Source: an uncultured Verrucomicrobiae bacterium (GTDB lineage Bacteria > Verrucomicrobiota > Verrucomicrobiia > Opitutales > JABDGR01). From it: a DNA stretch of 64,000 nt. Positions 11,114-21,274 of this stretch are shown piece after piece. The notes below the pieces were generated by a model, which was given only the letters and a program-made list of their open reading frames with translations, did no database searches and was not told the origin of the DNA. The stretch lies in the NCBI GenBank assembly GCA_963765205.1, contig CAVXVB010000002.1, positions 96,001-160,000 on the forward strand, written 5' to 3'. A program made the translations under genes and the position numbers. Within the stretch, counting starts at the first letter, position 1. The number at the start of each line of letters is the position of its first letter.

Positions 11114-13570
11114 ATGGGAAAAAATCCATATCGCCGCGATCCCAATCAACCCGCGTCCGCCGCGGCGCGGGCGGCGCCATCGCCAAACCCGGCGGGCGCC
11201 GACCGGGCGGGTAGGGTGCCGACGCCGGCCAGTGCACCAGCTGGCCCGGTGCTTGGAGATAAGTCGGTTGTGGCTGGTGGTGCGCTGGCTGGGTCGGCTC
11301 CCGTTCACCGCGGGGCCGTCGCAAGCTACGCCCCTACCCTCGGGCAAATAGCAGCAGCAGACCCGTCCACCCCGCCGCCGCGGGTGGGTGGCAAACTTTG
11401 TTTGATCGGATTGGCGCTGGGGTTCGTGATTTTGGCGGCCTATGGCAATTCGTTTCACACGGGGCTGGTGCTGGACAATTCGGTGGTGATCGCCGCCGAC
11501 CCGCGCATCACCCAGGTGACGCCCGACAACCTCCATCTGATTTTCACGCGCAACTACTGGTGGCCGGCGTTCGAGAGCGACCTTTACCGCCCGCTGACCA
11601 CGCTGAGTTACCTGTTCAATTACGCCATTCTGGGCCGGGGCCAGACACCGACCGACCCGTTCGGCTACCACGTCCTGAATTTTCTGTTGCACTGGGCGAA
11701 TGTCGTTCTCGTGCTGGTGATTGCGCGGCGGCTGTCCGGCCGGCTGGACGTGGCGGCGCTGGCAGCGGCGCTGTTCGCCGTGCATCCAGTGAATGTGGAA
11801 TCGGTCACGAACATCATCGGGCGCGCGGACTTGCTGGCGACGTTGTCCATCCTGCTGGGCGGCTGGTGTTACCTGCGCGCGGCGGACACCACGGGCTGGC
11901 GCAAGGCCCTGTGGCTGACGGGCATGGGCTTTAACGCGCTGTGGGGGGTGTTTGCCAAGGAAAGCGCGGTGCTGATTGCCGCGTTTGTGTTTCTTTATGA
12001 TTTATTCTGGCGCTGGCCGAAGCTGCCCGGCGCGGACTTTCTCCGCCGGCTGTTGCGCGCCTTCGTCGAATTCGGCCTGAAAGGCTACGTCGTGCTACTG
12101 CCGGCCGTCGGAGCGCTGTGGGCGGTGCGCAGTTATCTGACGTTCCACTCGCCGGTTTTTGGGCAGGTTTACGTGGACAATCCGATTTCCGGCGCGGACA
12201 CCAAATTTCAAGGTGTCATGTCGGCGATCTATGTGCTGGGGCGTTACCTGGCACTAATGGTATGGCCGCGGACGCTGGCCTGCGATTATTCCTACCACGA
12301 AATCCCGCTGTATGGCGAGCCGGGCGCGGGGTCGGTGGATTTGCTGGCCTGGGTGTCGCTGGTGGTGATTGCGCTGCTCATTGGGCTGGCCGTCTGGCGC
12401 TGGCGCACGCAGCCGCTGTATGCGTGGGGCGTGGCCATTTTCTTCCTCATGCAATTGCCCACCGCCAACTTGCTCTTCCCCATTGGCAGCATCATGGCCG
12501 AACGTTTTCTCTATCTGCCCTCGATTGGTTTTTGTGTGATGGCGGCGCAGGGCTTCCGGTTGCTGGCGGACAAACTGACGCAGCCGGCCGCCGCCCGCGA
12601 AATTTCGTCCTGGGCGTGGTGGTGGCTGTTTCCCGCCGTCGCCGTCACCGCGTTGGGCGCGCGCACTATCGTGCGCAATCAGGACTGGCAGAACGAACTT
12701 TCCCTCTGGCAAAGCGCCGCCGCCGCCGAGCCGGACAGCTTCAAAGTCCACAAGGGTCTCGCCAATGCGCTTCTGGCTGATGTGCTGGACAAACATAAAG
12801 GCGATCTGACTGCGGCAGAGCAGGGCGTGGATACCGCCATCGCCGAAGGGGAAAAAGGCCTCTACATCCTCGACCATCCGCCACTGCCCCTGCCCAAGCA
12901 GGACAATACGCTCTATCAAGACATGGGCCGCTTTTACTGCGCCAAAGGCGAACTGCTCGAGCGCCGCGGCCAGGCGGACCAGGCGATGGCCTTTTATCAA
13001 AAGTCCGTGGCCGTGCTGCTGCGCGCCCGCGACGTGGACCACTACGCCAACGCAACTTCGCACGCCGCATCCCTCAAACGCGGCCGCCCGGAATCCGAAA
13101 TTTCCGACGTGGGCAATTACAACGTCTATGTCCTGCTGGACATGACCTACGAACACATGCGGGATTGGACCGATGCGGAGGCCGCCAGCCGCTACATCCA
13201 GCGCCTCGCGCCTTATGAGACGGTCGGCTACCGCCAGGTCGCCAATGACTGCGCCAACCAGGGCCGCTTTGCCGAAGCCGCAAAACAAATCATCGAAGCC
13301 CTGCTGCTCAACACTGACGACACCAGCATGTGGCCCCGGCTGGCGGCCTATTTTCAGGCTATGGGCTTGAATCCCAATCCGGTGGCGCCCATCGGGCAAA
13401 CCTACTCCCTCAACCAGTCCAACCCCATCGTGCGCGACATCATCAACCAGGCCGGGGTGGAACTCGTCCACAATATCCAAGCCTACAAGCAATATGACCA
13501 GGCCAACGCCTTGCGCGACAAGTTCATCAAGTCTTACAATATTCCCGCCCAATTGTTTGACCAGCAGTAA
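11114..13570 (+). CDS. TMTC/DUF1736-like polytopic membrane glycosyltransferase with C-terminal TPR-like region
   Basis: LYRPLTTLSY, YHVLNFLLH, LFAVHPVNVESV..IIGRADLL, KESA, AERFLYLPS, RN.DW.NE.SLW. Confidence 0.85.
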   Translation: MGKNPYRRDPNQPASAAARAAPSPNPAGADRAGRVPTPASAPAGPVLGDKSVVAGGALAGSAPVHRGAVASYAPTLGQIAAADPSTPPPRVGGKLCLIGLALGFVILAAYGNSFHTGLVLDNSVVIAADPRITQVTPDNLHLIFTRNYWWPAFESDLYRPLTTLSYLFNYAILGRGQTPTDPFGYHVLNFLLHWANVVLVLVIARRLSGRLDVAALAAALFAVHPVNVESVTNIIGRADLLATLSILLGGWCYLRAADTTGWRKALWLTGMGFNALWGVFAKESAVLIAAFVFLYDLFWRWPKLPGADFLRRLLRAFVEFGLKGYVVLLPAVGALWAVRSYLTFHSPVFGQVYVDNPISGADTKFQGVMSAIYVLGRYLALMVWPRTLACDYSYHEIPLYGEPGAGSVDLLAWVSLVVIALLIGLAVWRWRTQPLYAWGVAIFFLMQLPTANLLFPIGSIMAERFLYLPSIGFCVMAAQGFRLLADKLTQPAAAREISSWAWWWLFPAVAVTALGARTIVRNQDWQNELSLWQSAAAAEPDSFKVHKGLANALLADVLDKHKGDLTAAEQGVDTAIAEGEKGLYILDHPPLPLPKQDNTLYQDMGRFYCAKGELLERRGQADQAMAFYQKSVAVLLRARDVDHYANATSHAASLKRGRPESEISDVGNYNVYVLLDMTYEHMRDWTDAEAASRYIQRLAPYETVGYRQVANDCANQGRFAEAAKQIIEALLLNTDDTSMWPRLAAYFQAMGLNPNPVAPIGQTYSLNQSNPIVRDIINQAGVELVHNIQAYKQYDQANALRDKFIKSYNIPAQLFDQQ

Positions 13571-13613
13571 TCCCCGCGCTTGCCCAAACGCGTTCGATGT
13601 TTACGCTCGCGGC

Positions 13614-14633
13614 ATGATTCCCCGCCTGGCCACTGCGCGCCTCGTGCTCGACGCCTACACGCTCGACGACGTGCCGGCGCTCGTCGAGCTGGCCGGGCAT
13701 CCGGAAATTTTTGCGACGACTCTGCTCATCCCACATCCTTATACCGCCGACGACGCCCGGCGCTGGATCGCCGCCCACTTGCCTGATTTTGCCAATGACC
13801 AAGCCCTCAGCTTTGCCGTTCGCCACGAAGGGAAACTGGTTGGCGCGATGGCCTTGACCATCAATCGCAAGCATGACCGCGCCATCCTCGGTTATTGGAT
13901 TGGCCGCCCATTTTGGGGCCGGGGCTATGCGACGGAAGCGGCGCGCGCGGTTGTGGCCTATGGTTTCCAAAACCTGCGCCTGGAAAAAATTGAGGCCGAA
14001 TATTTTGCCGGCAATCCCGCTTCCGGCCGGGTGATGGAAAAAGCCGGGTTGACGCGCGAAGGCTATCAGCCGCGTCATCGCAAGAAAGGTGAGACTTACG
14101 TTGACACCATTATCTATGGCATCACCCGTGCTGCCGCGCTCGCCGCGAGACTTTTCAATGAGGATTCCTCCACAATCGTGGATCACACGGCAGGAACACC
14201 GACGAAGGCCCGTCATCCCGACGATCCGCCGCCGGCGGAGGAATTGGTTGCACCCGAGGCGAGTTCGATGGAGCGCGGGTTGGTGCTGCGCCATTTTCTC
14301 GGCAAGAACGTGGCCGAGATGGAGCAGGAATTGCGCGTTTACGGCCAGTCGCTGGCCGGCGACTTCGCCCACCTTGCGCCGGGCGCGCTGGGGTATTATC
14401 TGAAATCCGCGGAAGCCTACCTTGCCAGCGAATTTGCCGAGGGCGACTGGGACTTTGCCCACGGACTGGCGGCGGCGCTGGACGCGCAACTCCGCCAGCC
14501 TGCGCTGCCGGCGGACACCCGTGCGCGCGCCGAAAAACTCCTCCGGCACCTGTGCGACCACGCCGCAAGATATTTTATCGAGGTGGACAAGCAGCCCTTC
14601 GCTGGCTGGGTCGCGGAGTCGCTGAAGGAGTAA
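13614..14633 (+). CDS. RimJ/RimL GNAT acetyltransferase fused to an uncharacterised C-terminal domain
   Basis: LGYWIGRPFWGRGYATEA, NPASGRVMEKAG. Confidence 0.85.
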   Translation: MIPRLATARLVLDAYTLDDVPALVELAGHPEIFATTLLIPHPYTADDARRWIAAHLPDFANDQALSFAVRHEGKLVGAMALTINRKHDRAILGYWIGRPFWGRGYATEAARAVVAYGFQNLRLEKIEAEYFAGNPASGRVMEKAGLTREGYQPRHRKKGETYVDTIIYGITRAAALAARLFNEDSSTIVDHTAGTPTKARHPDDPPPAEELVAPEASSMERGLVLRHFLGKNVAEMEQELRVYGQSLAGDFAHLAPGALGYYLKSAEAYLASEFAEGDWDFAHGLAAALDAQLRQPALPADTRARAEKLLRHLCDHAARYFIEVDKQPFAGWVAESLKE

Positions 14634-14817
14634 ATTTTTCTCGCCCGTGGCGGATTCTGACAGCACCGCAATCCTGTTTTGGGCAATCGGTTTTGGGGCC
14701 GTTTGCGTCAATTCCTCAACGAACCGGTTACGCCCCGGTTAAATTTTAACATTCCCGCCGCATTGCGCTTGGACTCGGGCCGCCTTTCGCCATAAACAGC
14801 GGAAACGGTTATCATCC

Positions 14818-16140
14818 ATGCGGGTATTGCTCACTTCCCACGGTTCCACCGGCGACATCTACCCACTCATTGGCCTCGGCCGTGCGTTGCGCGAGGCCGG
14901 CCATCAAGTCCGCTACGCCACCGCGCCGCTCTACCAGCGGGAGATTGAAAAGGCCGGGCTGGAATTCGTCTGCCTGCCGCCGGAATGGGGGCCGGAAATG
15001 TTTGCGGACTTCATGCGCGAATTGAACCGCTGCCGGCACCCGCTGCTGCAACTCGTGCATATTTATTGCGGCGCGTTGCCCGTCATGGGCGAGATCATCC
15101 GGCGCATGAACGACGCACTGCGCGATTGCGACCTGCTCGTCAGCTCCTATTTTTTTCCGCACTACCGCGTGCTGGCCGACCGCGTGGGCGTGCCTTATGT
15201 TTGCTTCGCGTTCTGCCACAACCTGGTGCCGACGGCGGAGCACCCGCCGGAAAAGTTTCCGCAACTGCGCTGGCTGCCGGGTTTTGCCCGGCGGCGGTAT
15301 TGCCGGGCCTCGTGGCGGCTGTCGAATTACATTGTGGACTGTTCCATCAACACGATCTGCCGCTCGCTCTTCCGCGAGATGGGCTTGCCGCCGATGCGCG
15401 GCTTCATCCTCGAACCGGCGGAGTTGGAACTCATTGGCGTCGGCCGCGCCGTAGGTGAGCACTGGCAGCCGGACGGCCGCTTCCAGTTCACCGGCTACTT
15501 GCGTTGGCAATCCCCGGAAAACGAAAAGCTGGAGGAGGAGTTGCGCGAGTTTTGCGCGGGCGCGGAAGTGCCCATCCTCACCTTTGGCAGCGTGACCTTT
15601 GACGACGTGCACACGGTGATGAGTCGTTTTGTGCAACACTGGCCCGCGGGCAAAAAAATCATTGTGCAAAGCGGCTGGGTCGGGCTGGCCATCGGGGTGG
15701 CGCGGCCGGAAATCAAAGTCATCGGCCCAGTGTCGCACGACCAATTGTTCCGCCACGCCTCCTGCGTCATCCACCACGGCGGCGCGGGCACGTCGGCCTC
15801 GGTGCTCTATGCCGGCAAGCCGCAGATCATCATCCCGCACATTGCGGACCAATGGTTCTGGGGCGCGGAATTCAAGCGCCTGCGCGTCGGCCAGATGCTG
15901 AATAAAAAGACCTGGCCCGAGAAGCTGCCCGCCAAGGTGGCCAAAATCGAGGCCAAGAAAAAAATGCGCCGCCGGTGCGCCGACCTCGCCGCGCGCCTGC
16001 GCGCCGAGGACGGCCCCGGCACTGCGGTCAAATTGCTGGAGGACTATGTGGCAAAACGGCAGGCCGCCCACGCGCCGACCTCGGCTGCATCCGCTGGTTG
16101 CGCAACCACAGCTCCCACCCCGCTTTCCACGCTGGCCTGA
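14818..16140 (+). CDS. GT1-type glycosyltransferase (GT-B fold)
   Basis: GSTGDIYPLIGLG, IHHGGAGT, PHIADQWFW. Confidence 0.9.
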   Translation: MRVLLTSHGSTGDIYPLIGLGRALREAGHQVRYATAPLYQREIEKAGLEFVCLPPEWGPEMFADFMRELNRCRHPLLQLVHIYCGALPVMGEIIRRMNDALRDCDLLVSSYFFPHYRVLADRVGVPYVCFAFCHNLVPTAEHPPEKFPQLRWLPGFARRRYCRASWRLSNYIVDCSINTICRSLFREMGLPPMRGFILEPAELELIGVGRAVGEHWQPDGRFQFTGYLRWQSPENEKLEEELREFCAGAEVPILTFGSVTFDDVHTVMSRFVQHWPAGKKIIVQSGWVGLAIGVARPEIKVIGPVSHDQLFRHASCVIHHGGAGTSASVLYAGKPQIIIPHIADQWFWGAEFKRLRVGQMLNKKTWPEKLPAKVAKIEAKKKMRRRCADLAARLRAEDGPGTAVKLLEDYVAKRQAAHAPTSAASAGCATTAPTPLSTLA

Positions 16141-16151
16141 TACTCCAAAAA

Positions 16152-16227
16152 TGGAGCGAGCGAAGGGATTCGAACCCTCGACAACGACCTTGGCAAGGTC
16201 GTGCTCTACCATCTGAGCTACGCTCGC
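16152..16227 (-). tRNA. tRNA-Gly(GCC)
   Basis: Reverse complement GCGAGCGTAGCTCAGATGGTAGAGCACGACCTTGCCAAGGTCGT...GGTTCGAATCCCTTCGCTCGCTCCA. Confidence 0.97.
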
Positions 16228-16295
16228 GTATTCCTGTCCGGCCGGGGGGCCGGACGGGCCGCCGGTAAGGGCGGCAAGGGGTTCATGGTGCGCGT

Positions 16296-17279
16296 TTATC
16301 CGGGGTTGTCAAGCTCAAGCCGGGCGCGGTTGCGCTCCGTGTCGGGTACCGGCACAAAATGCTCGGCCTGCAAGCGGGCGGCGTATTCATCGCTCAACAG
16401 CAACTGCAGCAATTGGAGCACGCGCGCCTGGTCGGCCGGTTTGTAAACAAGGTAGAACGGCAGGCGCAGGGGATAAGCGCCGCTGGCGACATTTTCCGAA
16501 GTCGGGCTGGCCGCGCCTTTGGCCCCGCTGGCGGTGAGGGCGCCGGCAGTCGTGACTGGCGCCTTCGCAGAGGATATGAGCAGCACTTTGACCTTGCTGA
16601 GCGGGCCAGGATCATAGCCGCCCAAGCCGATGGCGTTGGGGTTTTCCGCCACGGTTTTGACCATTTCCTGCGCGGTCTTCATGACCTGCACGGTGCCTTT
16701 AAGCGCGTTGCCGCCGAGAATCTCGTTCTTAAACATCTCGAGCACCAACCCATCGTCCGTGCTCGTCGCACAGGGAGCCACGGGCTTTGCCGCCCAATCG
16801 GCACTGGCCTGCAACTCCCCCCAGGTCGTGCCGCCCTGCGCGTTCTCGCCGAAGACGCCGGCCACCTGGCGCAAATCCAGCGCGTTGAGCGGATTGGCCG
16901 GGTTGACAATGATGTAATCCACCGCAAAACAAAAAGGGATGATTTTGCACCCCTTGGGTGCAGCCGCCTGGCCGACGGGTGCGGTTAAAATTGCCAGTTG
17001 AATTTTCCCGTCCTTGAGGTCGCTCAGTGCCGGCACCGACCCGTGCAAATCCACGTTGATGTTCAGATGGGCTTGCTTCACGTAACGGGCGAGCGGTTCA
17101 CCCACCGCGGTTTGCAGCAGGTCAGACCCACCGACACGCACAAAGTCGGGCGTGGTTGCCGCCGGCTGGGCCGCGGCAGCAGGCGCAGCTTCCGCCGGGG
17201 CGGCGGGCGCCGGCTCCGCGGCCCGGGTTACGGCCCACCCGCCCAGCAGCGAGAAATAAAAATATTTGCGCAGATTCAC
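16296..17279 (-). CDS. PstS-like periplasmic substrate-binding protein
   Basis: Signal-like N-terminus, GGSD, IIVNPANPL, PNAIG, SGAYPLRLPFY. Confidence 0.75.
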   Translation of the reverse strand: MNLRKYFYFSLLGGWAVTRAAEPAPAAPAEAAPAAAAQPAATTPDFVRVGGSDLLQTAVGEPLARYVKQAHLNINVDLHGSVPALSDLKDGKIQLAILTAPVGQAAAPKGCKIIPFCFAVDYIIVNPANPLNALDLRQVAGVFGENAQGGTTWGELQASADWAAKPVAPCATSTDDGLVLEMFKNEILGGNALKGTVQVMKTAQEMVKTVAENPNAIGLGGYDPGPLSKVKVLLISSAKAPVTTAGALTASGAKGAASPTSENVASGAYPLRLPFYLVYKPADQARVLQLLQLLLSDEYAARLQAEHFVPVPDTERNRARLELDNPG

Positions 17280-17476
17280 GAAAATCGGAAAATCTAAAAG
17301 AGGCCGTTCGCCGGGGCAATTCTATTCGATGACTGCGGGGCTCCGATTTAGGCAAAGACGGCACGCAGGGTGGGGGCAATGGTTTGACAGCCCTGGTCGC
17401 ATCCTTTACCCCTATAACTTTCCGTCATTTCCCAATCTTTGGCGGTTAATTCGCCATTCTTAATTCCCCAGTCTCC

Positions 17477-18382
17477 ATGCCCGGCCAGCCCATCACCGCC
17501 AAATTCCGCGCCGGCCGCCCGCTTGTCTCGGTCGAGTTTTATCCGCCCAAAACCGCCGAAGGCGCGCGCCAGATTCTCGACACCGCCGCGGCGCTCGCCC
17601 CCTACCGTCCGGATTTTGTCTCCATCACCTATGGCGCCGGTGGCTCGACCCGCGAACGCACGCTCGAATATGGTCTCATCCTGCGCGACCGCTTCGGCTT
17701 TGAGGTCATGCCGCACCTGACCTGCGTCGGCCACTCGCGCGCCGAACTGCATGCCGTCCTCACCCGCCTGCGCGACGCGGGCTTTCGCAACCTCATGGTG
17801 CTGCGCGGCGACCCGCCCAAAGGCGCGACGGAATTCCAGCCCCACCCCGACGGCCTGCGCTACGCCAGCGAATTGGTGGCCTTTATCCGCGAGCATTATC
17901 CCGATTTCTGCCTCGGCGTCGGTGGCTACCCCGAGACGCACCCCGAAGCGCCCTCGCCCGAAGCTGACTTGCACAACCTGAAAACCAAAGTGGACGCGGG
18001 GGCGGACTTTATCACTACGCAGCTCTTTTTCGACAACGCGGCGTTTTTCAAGTTTAACGAGCGCTGCCGCGCGGCCGGCATCACCGTGCCGATCATCCCC
18101 GGCCTGCTGCCCGCGCTCTCGCACGCGCAAGTGCAGAAGTTTACCACCTTTTGTAAAGCCAGCTATCCCCCTGCCCTCGCCGCCGGGCTCCAGCCCCTCG
18201 TCGGCCAGGATGCCGCAGCCGAAGCCGCCGGCGTCGCATGGGCGGACGCGCAAATCCGCGGCCTGCTGGACGCGCGGGTTCCTGGGTTACACCTATACAT
18301 TCTCAACCGCGCATCCTCGGCGCTGGCGTTGTTCGCACGGTTGCAGAGCGAAGGCTTGCTGCCCAATCAAACAGCGCCCTGA
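17477..18382 (+). CDS. metF: 5,10-methylenetetrahydrofolate reductase
   Basis: SVEFYPPKT, SITYGAGG, PHLTC, LRGDPP, GYPETHP, ITTQLFFD. Confidence 0.95.
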   Translation: MPGQPITAKFRAGRPLVSVEFYPPKTAEGARQILDTAAALAPYRPDFVSITYGAGGSTRERTLEYGLILRDRFGFEVMPHLTCVGHSRAELHAVLTRLRDAGFRNLMVLRGDPPKGATEFQPHPDGLRYASELVAFIREHYPDFCLGVGGYPETHPEAPSPEADLHNLKTKVDAGADFITTQLFFDNAAFFKFNERCRAAGITVPIIPGLLPALSHAQVQKFTTFCKASYPPALAAGLQPLVGQDAAAEAAGVAWADAQIRGLLDARVPGLHLYILNRASSALALFARLQSEGLLPNQTAP

Positions 18383-18432
18383 GGGAAATCCGGTTTGGTC
18401 TGGTTGAATACCTGATCACCGAAGTTCGCCGG

Positions 18433-18675
18433 CTACCGGCGATCCCGCCCGCCGCCACCGATTTCAATGGGCACCACCACTTCCGGCCCGACCACCACCG
18501 GTTCGGGCGCCACATACACCGCCGGAGGCCCCACCACTACCGCCGCCGGCTCCACATACGCCTCTCCCCCGACGGGCTGCATGACACAACCGGCCAGCGC
18601 GAACGCCACCAGTAGAGACGCGATGCCAAACACGGCCTGGATATTGATAACCTGAAAAATATTTTTGATTTTCAT
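18433..18675 (-). CDS. Small Pro/Val-rich lipoprotein
   Basis: Hydrophobic stretch with LAGC lipobox. Confidence 0.6.
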   Translation of the reverse strand: MKIKNIFQVINIQAVFGIASLLVAFALAGCVMQPVGGEAYVEPAAVVVGPPAVYVAPEPVVVGPEVVVPIEIGGGGRDRR

Positions 18676-18943
18676 AAACCGAGGATACGCGCAAAGGGTG
18701 CCGGGTGCTATGGGGCCTAACCCTACTTGATACGCCCACCCAACGCATCAAATGCAGCCAGTGCTGTCCGGCTGAAGGAGGTCAGTTTGCCCTGAAACAG
18801 AGGCAAAAATTATCATTGACGCCATAATTTTTTAATGTTATATAGTTTCATTAATAGTTTAATAAACAGACTATGCCCTATTAACTTGCCTCTCTGGCCA
18901 CCACCCGGCAGCCCCCTCCACCCCCCCCTCCCCCCTTCGCGCC

Positions 18944-19318
18944 ATGCCCCCCACCTCTGAAGAATTCCAGCAACATTTCACTTTTATGCTGCCACCCGGC
19001 CAGCAATGGTTTACGCTCAAGGAAGTCGCGTCTATCGTCGGCCGGACCGACCAGTTTGTGCGCGATGCCTTTGTAAACCAGAAAATCCTCGGCCATCAGA
19101 ACAACGCCCACGCCCGCAAAGGGTGCGAGCGCCGGCAAACCTATCAGATTCACCGGGAAGGCGTCCTGCTCTTCCTGCTGGAAACCGCAAACTACCGGCC
19201 CAAAGATTTTTTCGATCACATCCGGGAAATATTGCACAACCGGTCGCCGCAGGAGCTCGGCCACCTGCAACGCTGGCTGGCCTCCCGCCCCGAACCCCAG
19301 AAGACGCGCTCAGGCTGA
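18944..19318 (+). CDS. Hypothetical HTH-type DNA-binding protein
   Basis: WFTLKEVASIVGRTDQFVR excisionase-like helix-turn-helix; AT-rich upstream region. Confidence 0.55.
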   Translation: MPPTSEEFQQHFTFMLPPGQQWFTLKEVASIVGRTDQFVRDAFVNQKILGHQNNAHARKGCERRQTYQIHREGVLLFLLETANYRPKDFFDHIREILHNRSPQELGHLQRWLASRPEPQKTRSG

Positions 19319-19376
19319 ATTTTTTTGTCGGCAAACGCCCCGGCTTGGGCGATTTTAGGGCTAGGCGAACAACCCC

Positions 19377-21092
19377 ATGGCGAAACCGTCCCCCAAGCCT
19401 AGCCCGAAAGCACCTGCGGTAATGACCGCGGGACCAGTCCCCTACCTGTGGCTGCTCTGGTCGGTCGTGCTGGTAGTGGCCTTGGACCAGGTGGGCGCTG
19501 ACGCCACCGTGCCGGCGCACCAGCAATTTTCTCTGCTTAACCTTGGCTTGGCGGCCGCCCTGGCCGTGATGTGGCAACTGGGCTGGAAGGCGGCCCCGGC
19601 GGTGCTGGTGGCCGGGCTGGCCAGCGGCGCGCTCCGGCATTTGGGCTGGGTGGGGACACCCCTTTACGCCCTAGGACTGGTGGGCGGGGCTGGCGCCGGC
19701 CGGACACTGTTGGCGCTGACGGGGTTTGATGCCCGCCTGCGCAGCGCGGCGGATGTCTTGACCTTGGCGGTGCTGGCCGGGCCGATCGCCTCGGTCCTCA
19801 TGGCCGTGGCCGCGGCGTTCTTGCCGGAAGCCGGCTCGACGGGACACGGCAGCTTTACGCTGGCCTTTCTGGCCCAATGGCTGGCGGGCTGGACAGGTGT
19901 GCTGATGATGACGCCGTTTATCCTTTCTCTGAGAGAAGAATATTTCCGCCGCTGGCCGCCGGCGCGCGTGCGTGAATGGCTGCTGGTGAATTTACTGCTC
20001 ACCGGCAGCGTGCTGGTCTTGATGCAGAATCTAACCGCCGGCGACGTAGCCTTGTATCCCTTGGCCTATCTCGCCCTGCCCTGCGTCTTTTGGACGGCGT
20101 GGCGGTTTGGGACGGCGGGCGCGGCGCTGGCAAATTTGCTCGTGGGCATTGTCACGTCATTGTGTGCGAAGGAGGGGTTGGGCCCCTTTGCCGGCACAGA
20201 GGGCATCCTTGTGCTATTGCCCGCCTGGGTCTTCTTGCTCTTTCACGGGCTGATCGCGCTGTTGCTGGCCGCCTTCACCGACGAACGACGGATGGAACTG
20301 CTGCTCCAGCGCCAGCGCGCGCGCTTCCTGCGGCAATTGCTCGATGAGCTGCCGCTGGGCGTCTTACTCAAGGACATCACGGACAAACCGCTACTCGTCA
20401 ACCGGCGCTGGTTCCAATTGTTTGGCAAAGAAGGCGGCAACGAGGAAGACCAGTTACAACACCAACGCTCGATGGACCCCTTCTGGCGCGGGCGCGAACT
20501 GACCTTGCTACAAAATCTCGGTGAAGTCTTGCGCGAAGAAACCGAGAGCAAAGACCACCAAGGCCGCGCGCTCGAACTGCTGCTGACCAAGCAGGCGGCC
20601 TATTTTGAGGAGCGCGGTGAACGGCTGCTCATGGTCGTGGCCGACGACATTTCGAGCGGCCGCGCCAGCCTGCGCGAGACGCGCACCACCCTCGAAAAGA
20701 TCCGCGCGACGCTGGCCGTGGCCGAAGTTGGTTTGTGGGATTGGCACATCCCCTCAGGCATCATCCGCTTCGACGCTGAGTTCAGCAAACTCACCGGCAT
20801 CCCGGAACACCCCGAAGGCCTGCCCGTGCCCGTTTGGCAGAGCGATATCCACCCGGACGACCGCCACGCGTTCCAGCATGACATGCTCCAGCACCTCCAC
20901 CACCAGGCACAGCTCTTTGCGACGCGCTTTCGCTTCAAACACGCCGGCGGATGGCTCTGGCTGGTGGTGCGCGGGCGCGTCGTCGAGCAAGACTCGCGCA
21001 ACCTCGGCGTCCGCATGATCGGCACCATCCAGCACCTGCGCGCCACCGTCCAGGCCCTCCCCGACCCCAATGCGCCGACGGAGAAGAGTTGA
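19377..21092 (+). CDS. MASE1 membrane sensor with PAS domains and no output domain
   Basis: About 9 TM helices, then LLDELPLGVLLKD PAS and GLWDW..IHPDDR..GGWLWLVVRG PAS_3. Confidence 0.8.
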   Translation: MAKPSPKPSPKAPAVMTAGPVPYLWLLWSVVLVVALDQVGADATVPAHQQFSLLNLGLAAALAVMWQLGWKAAPAVLVAGLASGALRHLGWVGTPLYALGLVGGAGAGRTLLALTGFDARLRSAADVLTLAVLAGPIASVLMAVAAAFLPEAGSTGHGSFTLAFLAQWLAGWTGVLMMTPFILSLREEYFRRWPPARVREWLLVNLLLTGSVLVLMQNLTAGDVALYPLAYLALPCVFWTAWRFGTAGAALANLLVGIVTSLCAKEGLGPFAGTEGILVLLPAWVFLLFHGLIALLLAAFTDERRMELLLQRQRARFLRQLLDELPLGVLLKDITDKPLLVNRRWFQLFGKEGGNEEDQLQHQRSMDPFWRGRELTLLQNLGEVLREETESKDHQGRALELLLTKQAAYFEERGERLLMVVADDISSGRASLRETRTTLEKIRATLAVAEVGLWDWHIPSGIIRFDAEFSKLTGIPEHPEGLPVPVWQSDIHPDDRHAFQHDMLQHLHHQAQLFATRFRFKHAGGWLWLVVRGRVVEQDSRNLGVRMIGTIQHLRATVQALPDPNAPTEKS

Positions 21093-21191
21093 TTCCAACT
21101 ACCTTCTGCCTTCTACCTCCTATGGATTCAAGTAATCAACCGACGAATTTGATGCAACCCTTTGTAAGATACCCCGACGAGCGACGAAGTT

Positions 21192-21274
21192 TGTTGGCTG
21201 GGCCGCGAGCAGAGCGGTAAGCTCGCGCGGCCCAGCCAACAGGAACGCAGCGGGACTGCATCCCGCCGCGTTCC
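21192..21274. repeat. Two adjacent GC-rich palindromes (REP-like)
   Basis: TGTTGGCTGGGCCGCG..CGCGGCCCAGCCAACA and GGAACGCAGCGGGA..TCCCGCCGCGTTCC. Confidence 0.7.

Noticed and set aside
12254..14711. Long minus-strand ORFs (432 and 394 aa)
   Set aside because: Antisense shadows of the TMTC and GNAT genes, typical of high-GC DNA
14812..16212. 466-aa minus-strand ORF
   Set aside because: Antisense shadow of the glycosyltransferase; it begins inside tRNA-Gly
17380..17476. SAM riboswitch upstream of metF
   Set aside because: No recognisable SAM-I/II consensus in the short leader
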